IMG/VR virus record: IMGVR_UViG_3300031951_021456
Coordinates: 62,001-126,000 of that record
Reading direction: 5' to 3' (one strand)
DNA length: 64,000 nucleotides
Shown here piece by piece: positions 1-10,171 of the stretch (positions are counted from its first letter, which is position 1; the number at the start of each line of letters is the position of its first letter). Under the pieces are notes generated by a model. The model was not told the DNA's origin and ran no database searches. It saw only the letters and a list, made by a program, of their open reading frames with translations. The translations under genes were made by a program, and so were the position numbers.

Positions 1-2
1 AA

Positions 3-3000
3 ACGGCTTGTTATACTCTTCCTGATCCTCTTGGGCAGGTTGTTGTAAATAATCCACAATACTCACTCACAAAAGAAACTTTACAAAGAGTTTTTCTTGA
101 GAATGCTATTGGTATTGGTGTCACAAATATCATTTCAAATAGTGCTGGAACCGCTCACACAATTTATACCACATTAGATCATGGACTTGATCCAATTACT
201 TCAGTTTCAATTACGTCTCCTGGAAATGGTTATGGAATTGGATCTGGGAGTAATGAAACTTACTATAATGCTAAATTAGTTAATATTTCTTCATCCGGTG
301 AAAATGCAACAGCGAGTATTATTGTAAATTCAAGTGGATCTATCTCTAGTATTCGTATTATGGATGGTGGCAGCAATTATAATGTTGGAGATAGATTAAG
401 TGTGGTTGGAATTGCAACGACAACTGGATATACAGTTGGAATTGTAAGTGTTGCATCAATTTATAGTCATGTTGGAGAAACAATAAAGGTCAATAAAACT
501 TTAGACCGATACAATACCAGTTATAGAATTACTGGAATTACAAGTAGTAGAGCGATTCAAGTAAGTTCTGCCTCTTCAATAATCTCTCCATCTATATCTG
601 GAATTGGAAGTGTTTCAATTGGACAATGTTATGCTGAATTGACCGGAAAAGCCATTGCAATCTCATCAGTCGTCCATTCATCTGGAATTGCAACTATAAC
701 AACAATTGATTCACATGATTTATACGTTGACAATAAAATTCTTTTTGGTGGATTTACTGAAAGTCCATTTAATAGAGAGTTTTTAGTGAATGGTGTTGTT
801 GGTCTCAATACATTTACAGTAGCTACAGGTAGTACAAATATTTCTGTATCTTTCACTCAAACTCCATATGCCTATAGACAAGGTGCAGCTTCTAATGGTG
901 GCTCTTATACTAATGACAATGAAGGTTTAAGAACTAGAATGATTCCTTTATATTCTGGAATCACTACAACTTTATCTGGAAACATTAATTCCACTATAAC
1001 TACAATTAATGTTTCAAATGCAGTTAATTGTGGTCTAAAAATTGGAGACTATTTACAAATTGATGAAGAATTTGTAAGAATTTCAACAACAGTTGTTTCC
1101 AATACCCTTACTGTTTTTCGTGGGGTTTTGGGTTCAAGAAGTTCTTCACATTCTTCTGGAGCTATTGTTTATAAGATTGGCATTGTTCCCATTGAACTTA
1201 GACGCAACTCTTTACTTCGGGCAAGTGCACATACATTTGAATATAATGGCTTTGGATCTGGAAATTATTCATCAGCTCTACCAGATAGACAAGATAGAAC
1301 CTTATCCCAACAGGAAGAATTATTAGCACAATCAACCAAAGAAAATGGCGGCATCGTTGTTTTTTCTGGGATGAATGCAAATGGTAGTTTTTATGTTGGA
1401 AATAAAAAAGTTAATTCTGCAACTGGAACCGAAGAAATTTTTGAGACTCCAATACCTACTATTACTGGCGAAGATGTCAGTACATTAAGTGGTTACAATA
1501 ATGTAAATACATTTGAAGCGACTATTAATCGCTCTCTGTTTGTTGAAGGTGGGGCTAACAAAAATCTTATTTCACAATTTGATGGACCCGTTGTTTTTAA
1601 TAATAAAATAGTTTCAAATTCTGAAAGAGGATTTGAAGCATCTTCAATGCTATTATATGGTCAAGGATTAACACCAAGAAATTATACAATTGGTTCATCT
1701 GAACCGAAATTATCTGGAAATCCTGGTGATGTTCAATATAATTCAGAGCCAATAAGTGGTGGATTTTTAGGTTGGGTCTATACCACAAATAATCGTTGGG
1801 AAAAATTTGGAAAAATCGGAAGCAGTGGATTATCTGTTGATAATAGTGTCGGAGTTTCTAGTAATGGCTCTTTTGTTGGACTTTCAACTCTTATTGACTT
1901 TAAGACAAGTGGAATTGTTCTGACTTCTTCATATGATTCAGTAAGCGGGATTACAACATTAAATTTTTCTGGTGCTTCACCTTTAGGTAATAGTATTGGT
2001 ATTTCAACTGGTTCTAATAATTTTGTTGGAATGGCAACTCAAATTAATTTTGTCGGTAGTCCAAATATTGATATAATTGGAACTGGTGGAACGGGAATTA
2101 ATACAATAAGAGTCGGAATTTCATCTACTTCTTCAATATTAGCTTCAGGTTTCATTAAAAGAGGTGCAACCGGAACCAATTTCTTAAAAGCTGATGGGTC
2201 AGATGCAACCATTACTTACAATGAGGTTACCAATGCCTTAGGTTATGTTCCTGCAAATTCAGGTTCAGTCTCTGGTGGTTCTGAAACTGGTAATTCAATT
2301 ATTTTAGATCAATTATCATCTTTTAATGGAATTACTTCTACATTTGATTTAAAACTTAATGGGAATCTTTTTGTTCCCCCTGGTGGACCTGCTAATTTAA
2401 TTGTATCTCTTGGCGGAATTATTCAAAGGCCAGGAACTGATTATTTTATTCCTCAAAATGCTGGAATTAATACAAGCAAGATACAATTTACTGATGTACC
2501 TTTATCTGGTCTTTCACACTTTATTGTTAGTCTTGGTGGTCAAGGATCCCTATTAAGTAATGGATCTTGGAACTCTAAAGGAGATTTAGTTGTTGGTCTT
2601 ACTGATAATAATGCAGGTATTTTAAGTGTTGGTGCTAATGGTCAGGTTCTTACCGTTGATAGTAATTCTCCAGTTGGAGTAGCTTGGACTGATGGCCCAA
2701 AAATAATTTTAGCTGGATCTCAAAATACAAGCAGTGGAAATTCAATTAGTTATACAGACATTCCAAGCTGGGCTAAAAAAATTACAATATCATTTGAAGG
2801 GGTTGGTATTAATGGTTCTGGAGATATTCTAATTCAATTAGGAACTAATAGTATAATAACTTCTGGATATGAATCAACAAGTTCAAAAGTTAGTACGGCT
2901 GTTGCAACAATAAATTCAACCAATGGATTCATTGTTGAGAGTGATGGTTTCACTGCCCTAATAGGTGGCCATTTTACTTTAACTACAAATGGAGGAAATA

Positions 3001-3158
3001 AGTGGATTAGTAGTCATACTATGAGAGGTGGCCTTTCTGCTTCTTATTTCGGAGCTGGAAATGTTACATTATCTTCATTATTACAACAAATTCATATTAG
3101 TATTACAAACTCAAATAGTTTTACTTCTGGTTCTATTAATGTCATTTACGAGGGCTAA
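3..3158 (+). CDS. Large tail fibre / virion structural protein, 5'-truncated by the window edge
   Basis: The frame of the 360..3158 ORF is open back to base 3 (TACYTLPDPLGQ...). It is G/S/T/V-rich with repeated GISTG/GIAT units, contains ELRRNSLLRASAHTFEY (typical of cyanomyovirus fibre proteins, from recall) and ends in a fibre-tip-like segment. Confidence 0.75.
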   Translation, partial: TACYTLPDPLGQVVVNNPQYSLTKETLQRVFLENAIGIGVTNIISNSAGTAHTIYTTLDHGLDPITSVSITSPGNGYGIGSGSNETYYNAKLVNISSSGENATASIIVNSSGSISSIRIMDGGSNYNVGDRLSVVGIATTTGYTVGIVSVASIYSHVGETIKVNKTLDRYNTSYRITGITSSRAIQVSSASSIISPSISGIGSVSIGQCYAELTGKAIAISSVVHSSGIATITTIDSHDLYVDNKILFGGFTESPFNREFLVNGVVGLNTFTVATGSTNISVSFTQTPYAYRQGAASNGGSYTNDNEGLRTRMIPLYSGITTTLSGNINSTITTINVSNAVNCGLKIGDYLQIDEEFVRISTTVVSNTLTVFRGVLGSRSSSHSSGAIVYKIGIVPIELRRNSLLRASAHTFEYNGFGSGNYSSALPDRQDRTLSQQEELLAQSTKENGGIVVFSGMNANGSFYVGNKKVNSATGTEEIFETPIPTITGEDVSTLSGYNNVNTFEATINRSLFVEGGANKNLISQFDGPVVFNNKIVSNSERGFEASSMLLYGQGLTPRNYTIGSSEPKLSGNPGDVQYNSEPISGGFLGWVYTTNNRWEKFGKIGSSGLSVDNSVGVSSNGSFVGLSTLIDFKTSGIVLTSSYDSVSGITTLNFSGASPLGNSIGISTGSNNFVGMATQINFVGSPNIDIIGTGGTGINTIRVGISSTSSILASGFIKRGATGTNFLKADGSDATITYNEVTNALGYVPANSGSVSGGSETGNSIILDQLSSFNGITSTFDLKLNGNLFVPPGGPANLIVSLGGIIQRPGTDYFIPQNAGINTSKIQFTDVPLSGLSHFIVSLGGQGSLLSNGSWNSKGDLVVGLTDNNAGILSVGANGQVLTVDSNSPVGVAWTDGPKIILAGSQNTSSGNSISYTDIPSWAKKITISFEGVGINGSGDILIQLGTNSIITSGYESTSSKVSTAVATINSTNGFIVESDGFTALIGGHFTLTTNGGNKWISSHTMRGGLSASYFGAGNVTLSSLLQQIHISITNSNSFTSGSINVIYEG

Positions 3159-3161
3159 TTA

Positions 3162-3335
3162 ATGTCAAAAACTCAAGCAGAGATTTACAAAGATTCAACA
3201 ATTAATGAAAATGATTTAGCAACAGATTCAGTAACAACTCCAAAAATTAAAGATGAGAATGTTACTAGAAGTAAGCTGAGTAATGATGTAAAACCTTCAC
3301 CATTTACAACTAGAGGATTTAATTTACCAATTTAA
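3162..3335 (+). CDS. 57-aa protein with a tail-fibre-type repeat (not in ORF track)
   Basis: MSKTQAEIYKDSTINENDLATDSVTTPKIKDENVTRSKL...; ATG lies 3 nt after the fibre stop, and DSVTTPKI resembles SVTTAKI fibre repeats. Confidence 0.5.
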   Translation: MSKTQAEIYKDSTINENDLATDSVTTPKIKDENVTRSKLSNDVKPSPFTTRGFNLPI

Positions 3336-3673
3336 CCATCTTCAGGAATAATTAAAATGTTGTAGGAAGCAGTTCCTCCAGATAAAGCTAAAGTAATTGA
3401 TCTAGTGTGTGGAATATAAACCTCTGTTGGAATTGCAGTAGAAATTCTATCTAGCCCAACTGTCATAAATTCCTCCCTTCTAATGGACTTGCCAAAGGCT
3501 CTAGCTGCTGGAGAATTAATAATTGCATTAGCAGCATTCATTGAAATTCCTAATCCTTGAGCTGGAGTATAGACATCACTTGCCCCAAAGTAATTAATTA
3601 CAACTCTTACATTACCCCCAGTATTATTAGTCCAAGAGACATTGCCAGTACCAGAAAGAATTGTTGCTGCCAT
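3332..3673 (-). CDS. Hypothetical late protein
   Basis: 113-aa ORF with a late-promoter motif about 20 nt upstream. Confidence 0.55.
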   Translation of the reverse strand: MAATILSGTGNVSWTNNTGGNVRVVINYFGASDVYTPAQGLGISMNAANAIINSPAARAFGKSIRREEFMTVGLDRISTAIPTEVYIPHTRSITLALSGGTASYNILIIPEDG

Positions 3674-3694
3674 GAGAATACAAAATTATTGAAC

Positions 3695-3702
3695 TATTTA
3701 TT
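3695..3702 (-). promoter_or_regulatory. T4-type late promoter (NATAAATA)
   Basis: tatttatt on + reads aataaata on -, just upstream of the 3673 ATG. Confidence 0.5.
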
Positions 3703-4023
3703 AGAATGGTGGTGATCTTGAATTATTATCCAAATTTACTAAATGGTCTTGATTGGACAGTTTTACTATTGGACTGAACTGCACCACAAGGCCTCTGAAT
3801 GGTTCTATAATGTCCTTGATAAATGAAAACAAAATGTCAATTAGTGAAAGAATAATTTTCATCATGTGTTTTATGTGGTTCATGAATTGGGCTACAAGAG
3901 TAATGGAATTATTGATTCGTTACGTTTTTTATTAACTTAACTTTGTTATCTACACTAGCACCTCTTTCAAAATTTGTCAAGTCCCTTCAGTAATGTCAAG
4001 AAACCCTGACGTAGTATAAGTAC

Positions 4024-4055
4024 TTATTGACAGACCTTCAATAATCATGTACGCT
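4024..4055 (+). promoter_or_regulatory. Sigma70-like promoter inside a TTATTGA-N7-TCAATAA dyad
   Basis: TTGACA 4027-4032, 17-nt spacer, TACGCT 4050-4055. Confidence 0.45.
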
Positions 4056-4083
4056 CAGCTTTGTCAAAGATGATGCACGATAA

Positions 4084-4175
4084 CTTAAGTGACTTAAAGA
4101 ACTTAAATACTCTTAAAGATTCTTAAGTTACTTAAATACTCTTAAGTTATTTAAAGATTCTTAAAGATACTTAAG
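4084..4175. repeat. Ten phased (C)TTAA units, period 9-10 bp
   Basis: Units start at 4084, 4093, 4102, 4112, 4122, 4131, 4141, 4150, 4160 and 4170. Confidence 0.85.
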
Positions 4176-4189
4176 TAACAATTAATAAA

Positions 4190-4930
4190 ATGATTCATTA
4201 TCTCTTACAATCAGGAAACATTCTATCCACTGAAAAATCTGCATGTCTTAGAACAGAACATAAAATTACATGGACTGCTCATTCAAATCTTTTTAATACT
4301 ATCAATCATCTTCTATTAACAGATAAACTTTCAGATATTATTCCTGTAGGATCTGTAGAATTTTGTAGAACTTATACTGAAATTGTAGGACTTGAGTTAC
4401 CTGATGATTTTTCATATGGTTCAGTAGATATTTCTTTAATAGAACCATATTTAAAAAGAAAAATCAATAAAACAACTTTTGCGTTAGCAAAAGAATGTAG
4501 TTTCATTAAGCCGGTCTACACTAAACTTTTTACTGGAGACATTAAGAATCGCATTAATGATTCATCGCTTTCAGAATTTGAAGTATGGGAATCTGAACCT
4601 GTAGAATTTACAGCAGAATTTAGATTCTATATCTATAGGGATAAAGTTATTGGTTATTCTCGTTATGATGATTTAGACTGTGATTGTAAAGAACTAGACC
4701 ACCATTTAATTGAAAAAATTATTAAAGTGCAAAACTCTTTCCCAATTGCTTATTCAATTGATATTGGTTGGCGAAATGATATTAATGAGTGGAGTCTTAT
4801 TGAATTAAATGATGCATGGGCCTTGGGTTTTTATAATAATAGTGATACCTCTTCAAAACCCCCAAAAAGCAGTGATTATGCTCTAATGATTGCAGAAAGG
4901 TGGAGAGAAATTGTAAATGGACAGATTTGA
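4190..4930 (+). CDS. ATP-grasp domain protein (DUF4343/R2K-like)
   Basis: FIKP, SEPVEFTAEFRFYI, AYSIDIG and LIELNDAWALGFY motifs. Confidence 0.75.
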   Translation: MIHYLLQSGNILSTEKSACLRTEHKITWTAHSNLFNTINHLLLTDKLSDIIPVGSVEFCRTYTEIVGLELPDDFSYGSVDISLIEPYLKRKINKTTFALAKECSFIKPVYTKLFTGDIKNRINDSSLSEFEVWESEPVEFTAEFRFYIYRDKVIGYSRYDDLDCDCKELDHHLIEKIIKVQNSFPIAYSIDIGWRNDINEWSLIELNDAWALGFYNNSDTSSKPPKSSDYALMIAERWREIVNGQI

Positions 4931-5017
4931 AAGTGTCTATAAAATTTTCAACAGCTTGAAAAGTGATGTATGATTTTGTTGTCAGATACTAGACTTAATA
5001 AAAAGATTAAAATCAAA

Positions 5018-6460
5018 ATGAAAGCCTATAAAATTGAAATTCTCGTCATTGATAATGAGAATATTGGAGAAGAATCTATTAAAGAATACATTAAAAATGC
5101 CAAGTACATTTATCCATCAATTTTATCAATAAAATCTAAAGAAATTGGTGATTGGTCAGATGATCATCCACTTAATAAGAAAGAAACATTTTCCAAAACT
5201 GCTAAAGACTTATTTAACCATATAAGTCATGAAAAATTAAAAGAATGGATTGAAGATCAAGAATACTATTTGGGTTCTCCAGAAGACATTGGAGATGGTC
5301 AACATTTTGAATATTATATTCAACCACATACTTTAGAGCAATTAATTGAGTTAGCACTTGAGGAGTTATCATGACAGATCAAAATGTTATAGATTTAGTT
5401 AAATTACTTCAAAAAGCTTATTCTTCAGTTCCATGGGTGCGAGAAGAAGAACTCAATAAAATTCTTGAAGAAGCAGTTAGTTTAGCTAATAAAATTGAAG
5501 ATGATGAAAATAATTCTAGACATTTTTTATTAAACGATCTTAAAGAAGATCTAATGCGTCTTGAAAAAGGTATATTAGCTAAAAAGAACCAAATTAGAGA
5601 AAAAAGACTAGAATGTAAAAACTCTAAACAAGAATGGTTAAAACCATTGATAAGAGGAACAATAGAAACAATGGAAAAAACCTTGAAAAGTATGGAAGAA
5701 AGAAGAGAAATTATTAAAGAGCAATTGGACACTTTAAAATCTGACCTTGACCATACAGATTGAGGTAATTTGAGTTTATGATATTCTTAGATCAAACACC
5801 ACCGATCAAAATGAAAATCAAACAGATCACGGGCCGGCATCGTCGGGACTTCACTGCAATTTATGAGTGTGAACATTGTGGTGTAACCTACAAAGGAAGC
5901 GGATATGACGACGCCAATTTCCACGATAACGTGATACCTGCGATGAAGTGTTCATCTTGTGGCAAGACTGCAAGTGATGATTATCAACCACTTCAGCCAC
6001 GGTATCCTGAATCTTTTGTCATTTGATTCTGATGGACGCCTTTATCCCTAGCCCGCACAATCTATCGGCCACATTTAAATCATCATTTACAGTCCACCAG
6101 AGAAGTAATAATATCGGCGGCTTACCATACTATCCACCAAATGAAACAATGCAGGAACGACTGGCGCGATGCATTGAGCATGAGTTGTATTATGGTGGCA
6201 ATCATGTGGCTGCAGCCGCTGCAATCGTTAGGGACATTAGTGAAGGTTACATCCAATTCTCCGATGTTCTAGAAGGTGTAAAGGTTGAGCGCGACCTAGC
6301 CATTCGTATGTTGGCTAAATGGTGCACATCCGTTGAATTAAAAGGCTCTGACTGGGATGCCTGGGACGAGCACTATAAAAATGCTGCTCACCGGCCGGGT
6401 CCTTTGCGTGAACTTCTAGACGCAGCCATTATGGAGATCAAGGTGGAGAAAGAGGCATGA
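5018..6460 (+). other. Four small hypothetical CDS (5018-5374, 5371-5763 coiled coil, 5778-6026 CxxC..CxxC Zn-ribbon, 6023-6460)
   Basis: Co-oriented ORFs, several with 4-nt overlaps; CEHC and CSSC in the 82-aa ORF. Confidence 0.65.
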
Positions 6461-6723
6461 ACCACTATAACGAGTCTAACAATACTTCTTATCCTTCTGA
6501 TACTTTGGATGACACTAAAGAAGAGCATATGGAATTCCGTGCAACTGGTAGAATTCTTAATATCCTTAATGAACTTCGCGACAACTACAATCTGAGCAGG
6601 TCTGAAATTATTCGCAGGGCCATTGCTCTTTTCTTCATTGCGAAGAGAGAACAAAAAAGGGGTAACAGATTGGTAGTCTTGAATAGTGATGATGAACTTA
6701 TCTCTGAGATCACCTCTATTTAA
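6457..6723 (+). CDS. Ribbon-helix-helix (CopG-like) DNA-binding protein
   Basis: MEFRAT (beta strand), ILNILNELRDNY (helix), LSRSEIIRRAIALF (helix). Confidence 0.7.
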   Translation: MNHYNESNNTSYPSDTLDDTKEEHMEFRATGRILNILNELRDNYNLSRSEIIRRAIALFFIAKREQKRGNRLVVLNSDDELISEITSI

Positions 6724-6766
6724 ATCTCACAATTATGAAACCTGTCAATCGCTTTCAAACTAAACA

Positions 6767-8164
6767 ATGACAATAAGAAACTTAAGTAATTATTATCTAT
6801 CAAAAGATTATGAAGCCTTATATGAATTGGCGCAGAAACAATCTGTGGTCTGTATAGTAGATTATTTTAGCTGTAGGGATGTTTGTCAAACTTTATATAA
6901 TTCTTATTCAAATGTTATTGAAGTATGCTCCAGAGGTCATGGTTACATTTTTGCTGAAAATATGGAAGACTTTATAGCTATCTGTGAACCTTTGAATCTT
7001 GAATGGATTGTCCCGACGCTTTGTGAGCTGTCACATTCTTGATTACAAATGCTCAAAGTTATTGATAACATTACATCAGCTAACTACACCCTATGAATCA
7101 TCCCACTTCTAAATGGGTAACATTTACCCGAACAATTTGTCCTAAAACTGGAATTCATTATCTTGATGCTCTTGATGAACATGGTCGTCATTGGGCGGCT
7201 CAAATGCACTATGGGCCAGAAAGGTGGCTAACTTTTATTCCAAATGAAAACTGGGCGCCCAGAACCATGTCACAGCCCCTTGAAACATTCACTCAACCAT
7301 GAAACTCTCAGACATTAAAAATGGTGACTTTCTTTATTATACAGAAAGACCTTTTAGTAATTATGCAGATTCTTTAGTTGAAATTTTGGAAATTAATGGT
7401 GAATTGGTCGGACATACTGTATGCACTAATTGGGAAGGTCAATATATTAATGTTCCCTATGAAGAGTCGGAAGATCTTCCACTAGCTCCATATTATGATG
7501 AGAACTGTTGGTATCCAACAACTTATTCTTTAAAAGATGGAGATGCCTCAATATGGATGAATAAAACTTATCCACCAGATAAGCCATCTATTATACCAGT
7601 GAAAGAAATATATGCTCTTTATAAATCCTCTATGTTTTATCCTTATGCTAGTAAAATTGTTGGATTATTTACTGATAAAAATTTACTTGAATTAGCAATG
7701 AATTCCATAAATGTTTCTAATAGTAGTGTTTTCAAATTTTATTACGAAACATATGAACCCAACAAAATTGGAGACTGATCATGAAAGTTTTTGTTCTTTA
7801 TGTAGGTGAAAGGCTTGGACCAATTGATAAAATTATAGGAATCTATACGAATGAAGAACTTGCAAAGAATGCCCTTTCACTATGTCCAAAGTCTACATAT
7901 GAATATTATTATTCATATTTTGAACAAGACCTAAATGTAATCCCAAATCATCCTGAAGGTACTAAAGCCTTTATTTGCTCTATTAGAAATAATGAAGTAC
8001 AATATCTAAGACAATTTTCAATCCTTGAAGATACTAGAAGTATTCATCTTTTTCCTAGTGTTCATAAAAATGGGAATGAATGTACTGTATATTGTTGGGC
8101 AACTGATGAAAAACATGCTGGGCAAATAGCCCTAGACCACTTTAAAAACTGTCATGAGTCCTAA
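6767..8164 (+). other. Four hypothetical CDS (6767-7042, 7093-7302, 7299-7778, 7781-8164)
   Basis: Co-oriented ORFs; the last two share an IY/VF..Y...KIxGxxT..xLA module. Confidence 0.65.
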
Positions 8165-8221
8165 CCACTGGGCCATATTTTGAGCCATAATAACAAGGTC
8201 AACCAAACACCGACACCTCAA

Positions 8222-9040
8222 ATGGCCAAAGTGATTGAAAATGCTAAAGATGCAATTGAATTTTTTGGTGAACCAGTGGTAGCTAGGAGAAAAACTAAAG
8301 TTAGGATCCGAGAAACAAATGGCGTTGAAACATTTGTGAGCAAATATGGACAAGGCACTCTTACGGCCAAACAGGGAATTGATTATGTAGTCATTCCTGT
8401 TGACGGCTCTGATCCATATCCATGCAAGATTGACATCTTTCATAATACTTGGGAAGAGATTGATGGAACAGGAACTTATCGTAAGACTGGATTGTGTAGG
8501 TTCATTCCAATTCCTGAAGGTACTACAGTGGAGCTTAAAACACTGGAGGGGCCAGTAGAAGTTTCGCATCCAAATTACATTGCTCTCGGTGCTGAAGGGG
8601 AAGTTTATTCATATAGTAAAGAATTCATTGAGAAAAATCTTGATTTAATTTATGTTGTCTTTGGTGAAGATTATCTTATATTCGGTGTGTACTCAACTCT
8701 TGAACTTGCTGAAAAATGTAAAGGGGTAAAACCTGGCAGTTTTATTGGTTATTATTCAATAGATGTAGTTACTCCTCCAGATTTTCTTTTATGGCAAGTC
8801 TGCATCTTTACGAAAACTGGCAAGATCGACTCAATTGAACAAATTGATTCATTTAGCTTTGAATATGTAATGCGGTGTGCTGAACAAAATCCTTTCAGTT
8901 TATTTTATGCTAGTTACTGTTTCAGGGTCAAAGCTGAAACCAAAGAAGAAGCTGCAAAAATAGCACAGGAAAAATTCAAAGAAGCATTTAAAAATGATGC
9001 GGAACTAGCACTCGAAAAATTTGAAAATGAAACCAATTAA
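8222..9040 (+). CDS. PGDYG-like domain protein with C-terminal fusion
   Basis: TLTAKQGIDYVV..GSDPYPCKIDIFHNTWE and TLEGPVEV...YIALGAEGEVY. ATG 8222 is preferred because the TTG at 8180 lies in the promoter. Confidence 0.5.
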   Translation: MAKVIENAKDAIEFFGEPVVARRKTKVRIRETNGVETFVSKYGQGTLTAKQGIDYVVIPVDGSDPYPCKIDIFHNTWEEIDGTGTYRKTGLCRFIPIPEGTTVELKTLEGPVEVSHPNYIALGAEGEVYSYSKEFIEKNLDLIYVVFGEDYLIFGVYSTLELAEKCKGVKPGSFIGYYSIDVVTPPDFLLWQVCIFTKTGKIDSIEQIDSFSFEYVMRCAEQNPFSLFYASYCFRVKAETKEEAAKIAQEKFKEAFKNDAELALEKFENETN

Positions 9041-9097
9041 TCTCTTAGTCATTGTCCTCGTCTTTTTGCATTTCTTCTGAATAATCATAAGGCTGCT

Positions 9098-9427
9098 GTG
9101 AGAAATAAATACAGCAGCCATTTTATTAAAACTATGAAAAACCTTTTTGGATTTTTAACATCCTTGTTACTTCTTTTACAATTTGTTTCTCCAGCTTTTG
9201 CTAAAATTCCTAGTGGAGCAATCCCACTAGAATGGAGACCAAACTATAAAGAACAGGTTGAATATATCATTAATAATAAATGTGAATCTAATGGAATTGT
9301 CCCATATTATGGATACACATATTACACTTGTCCTTCAGGTGAAAAATTCTGGGCGGAAGTTTTAGTTCCTGTTGATAATTCTATTCTATATTTCAAGAAC
9401 CGAGACAAACATTCAGATGAATATTAA
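9098..9427 (+). CDS. Hypothetical exported protein
   Basis: Signal-peptide-like MKNLFGFLTSLLLLLQFVSPAFA. Confidence 0.55.
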   Translation: MRNKYSSHFIKTMKNLFGFLTSLLLLLQFVSPAFAKIPSGAIPLEWRPNYKEQVEYIINNKCESNGIVPYYGYTYYTCPSGEKFWAEVLVPVDNSILYFKNRDKHSDEY

Positions 9428-9429
9428 TT

Positions 9430-9795
9430 ATGAAAATCTCTACAACACATAAAAGATTTGCAGATCATTTAGATGACCAAATCGCTCTAGAATACCCTGC
9501 ACGTTTTCTAGGACCCAATTGGAAGAATGTATTGAACTTCTGGATCTATTTGGATACTTTGAGTGGTGAAGAATTTAGGTTAATTTTTGATCGTTATTGG
9601 GCTTTAGATGAAGATGCTAGAGTTTCTGCTATAAATAATGCTCATAAAGCGGCTGAAGCGACTATAGATATTCATTATACATATACAACTCGTGGTGCCG
9701 CCCTTACACTTGCACCTGCTTATGCATCCCTTGAACTCATTGGTTCTCATAAGCTAGAGTCTCTTAATTTTCTTCCTTTGTTTCTAAACCAGTGA
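9430..9795 (+). CDS. MKIS-family paralog 1
   Basis: MKISTTHKRFAD..LEYP.RFLGPNWKNVLNFWIYLDTL ... ELIGSHKLESL.FLPLFLN. Confidence 0.85.
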   Translation: MKISTTHKRFADHLDDQIALEYPARFLGPNWKNVLNFWIYLDTLSGEEFRLIFDRYWALDEDARVSAINNAHKAAEATIDIHYTYTTRGAALTLAPAYASLELIGSHKLESLNFLPLFLNQ

Positions 9796-10163
9796 AAATA
9801 TCTTCTTCTCATCAAAAATTTGCAGATCGGTTAAATAACCAAACTGCTCTAGAATACCCTGAACGTTTTCTGGGACCTAATTGGAAGGATGTATTGAATT
9901 TCTGGATTTATTTGGATACTTTGAGTCGTGAAGAGCTTGATAAAGTCTATGAGCATCATCGTGGTTTGAAAGACATACATATATCAAGGCGTCTTGCTTG
10001 GTGTGCTGCTAAGGATACTATAGGTTATGATTATACAAATGCAGCTGCATTTGCATATTATGTTAATTGTTATAATGCCGCTGGATGTCATGCAACCAGT
10101 GAACTCATTGGTTCTCATAAGCTTGAGACCTTGACGTTTTTTCCTTTGTTCATAAATTTTTAA
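9792..10163 (+). CDS. MKIS-family paralog 2
   Basis: Same terminal blocks; GTG start overlapping the paralog 1 stop. Confidence 0.85.
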   Translation: MKISSSHQKFADRLNNQTALEYPERFLGPNWKDVLNFWIYLDTLSREELDKVYEHHRGLKDIHISRRLAWCAAKDTIGYDYTNAAAFAYYVNCYNAAGCHATSELIGSHKLETLTFFPLFINF

Positions 10164-10171
10164 ACTTATTC

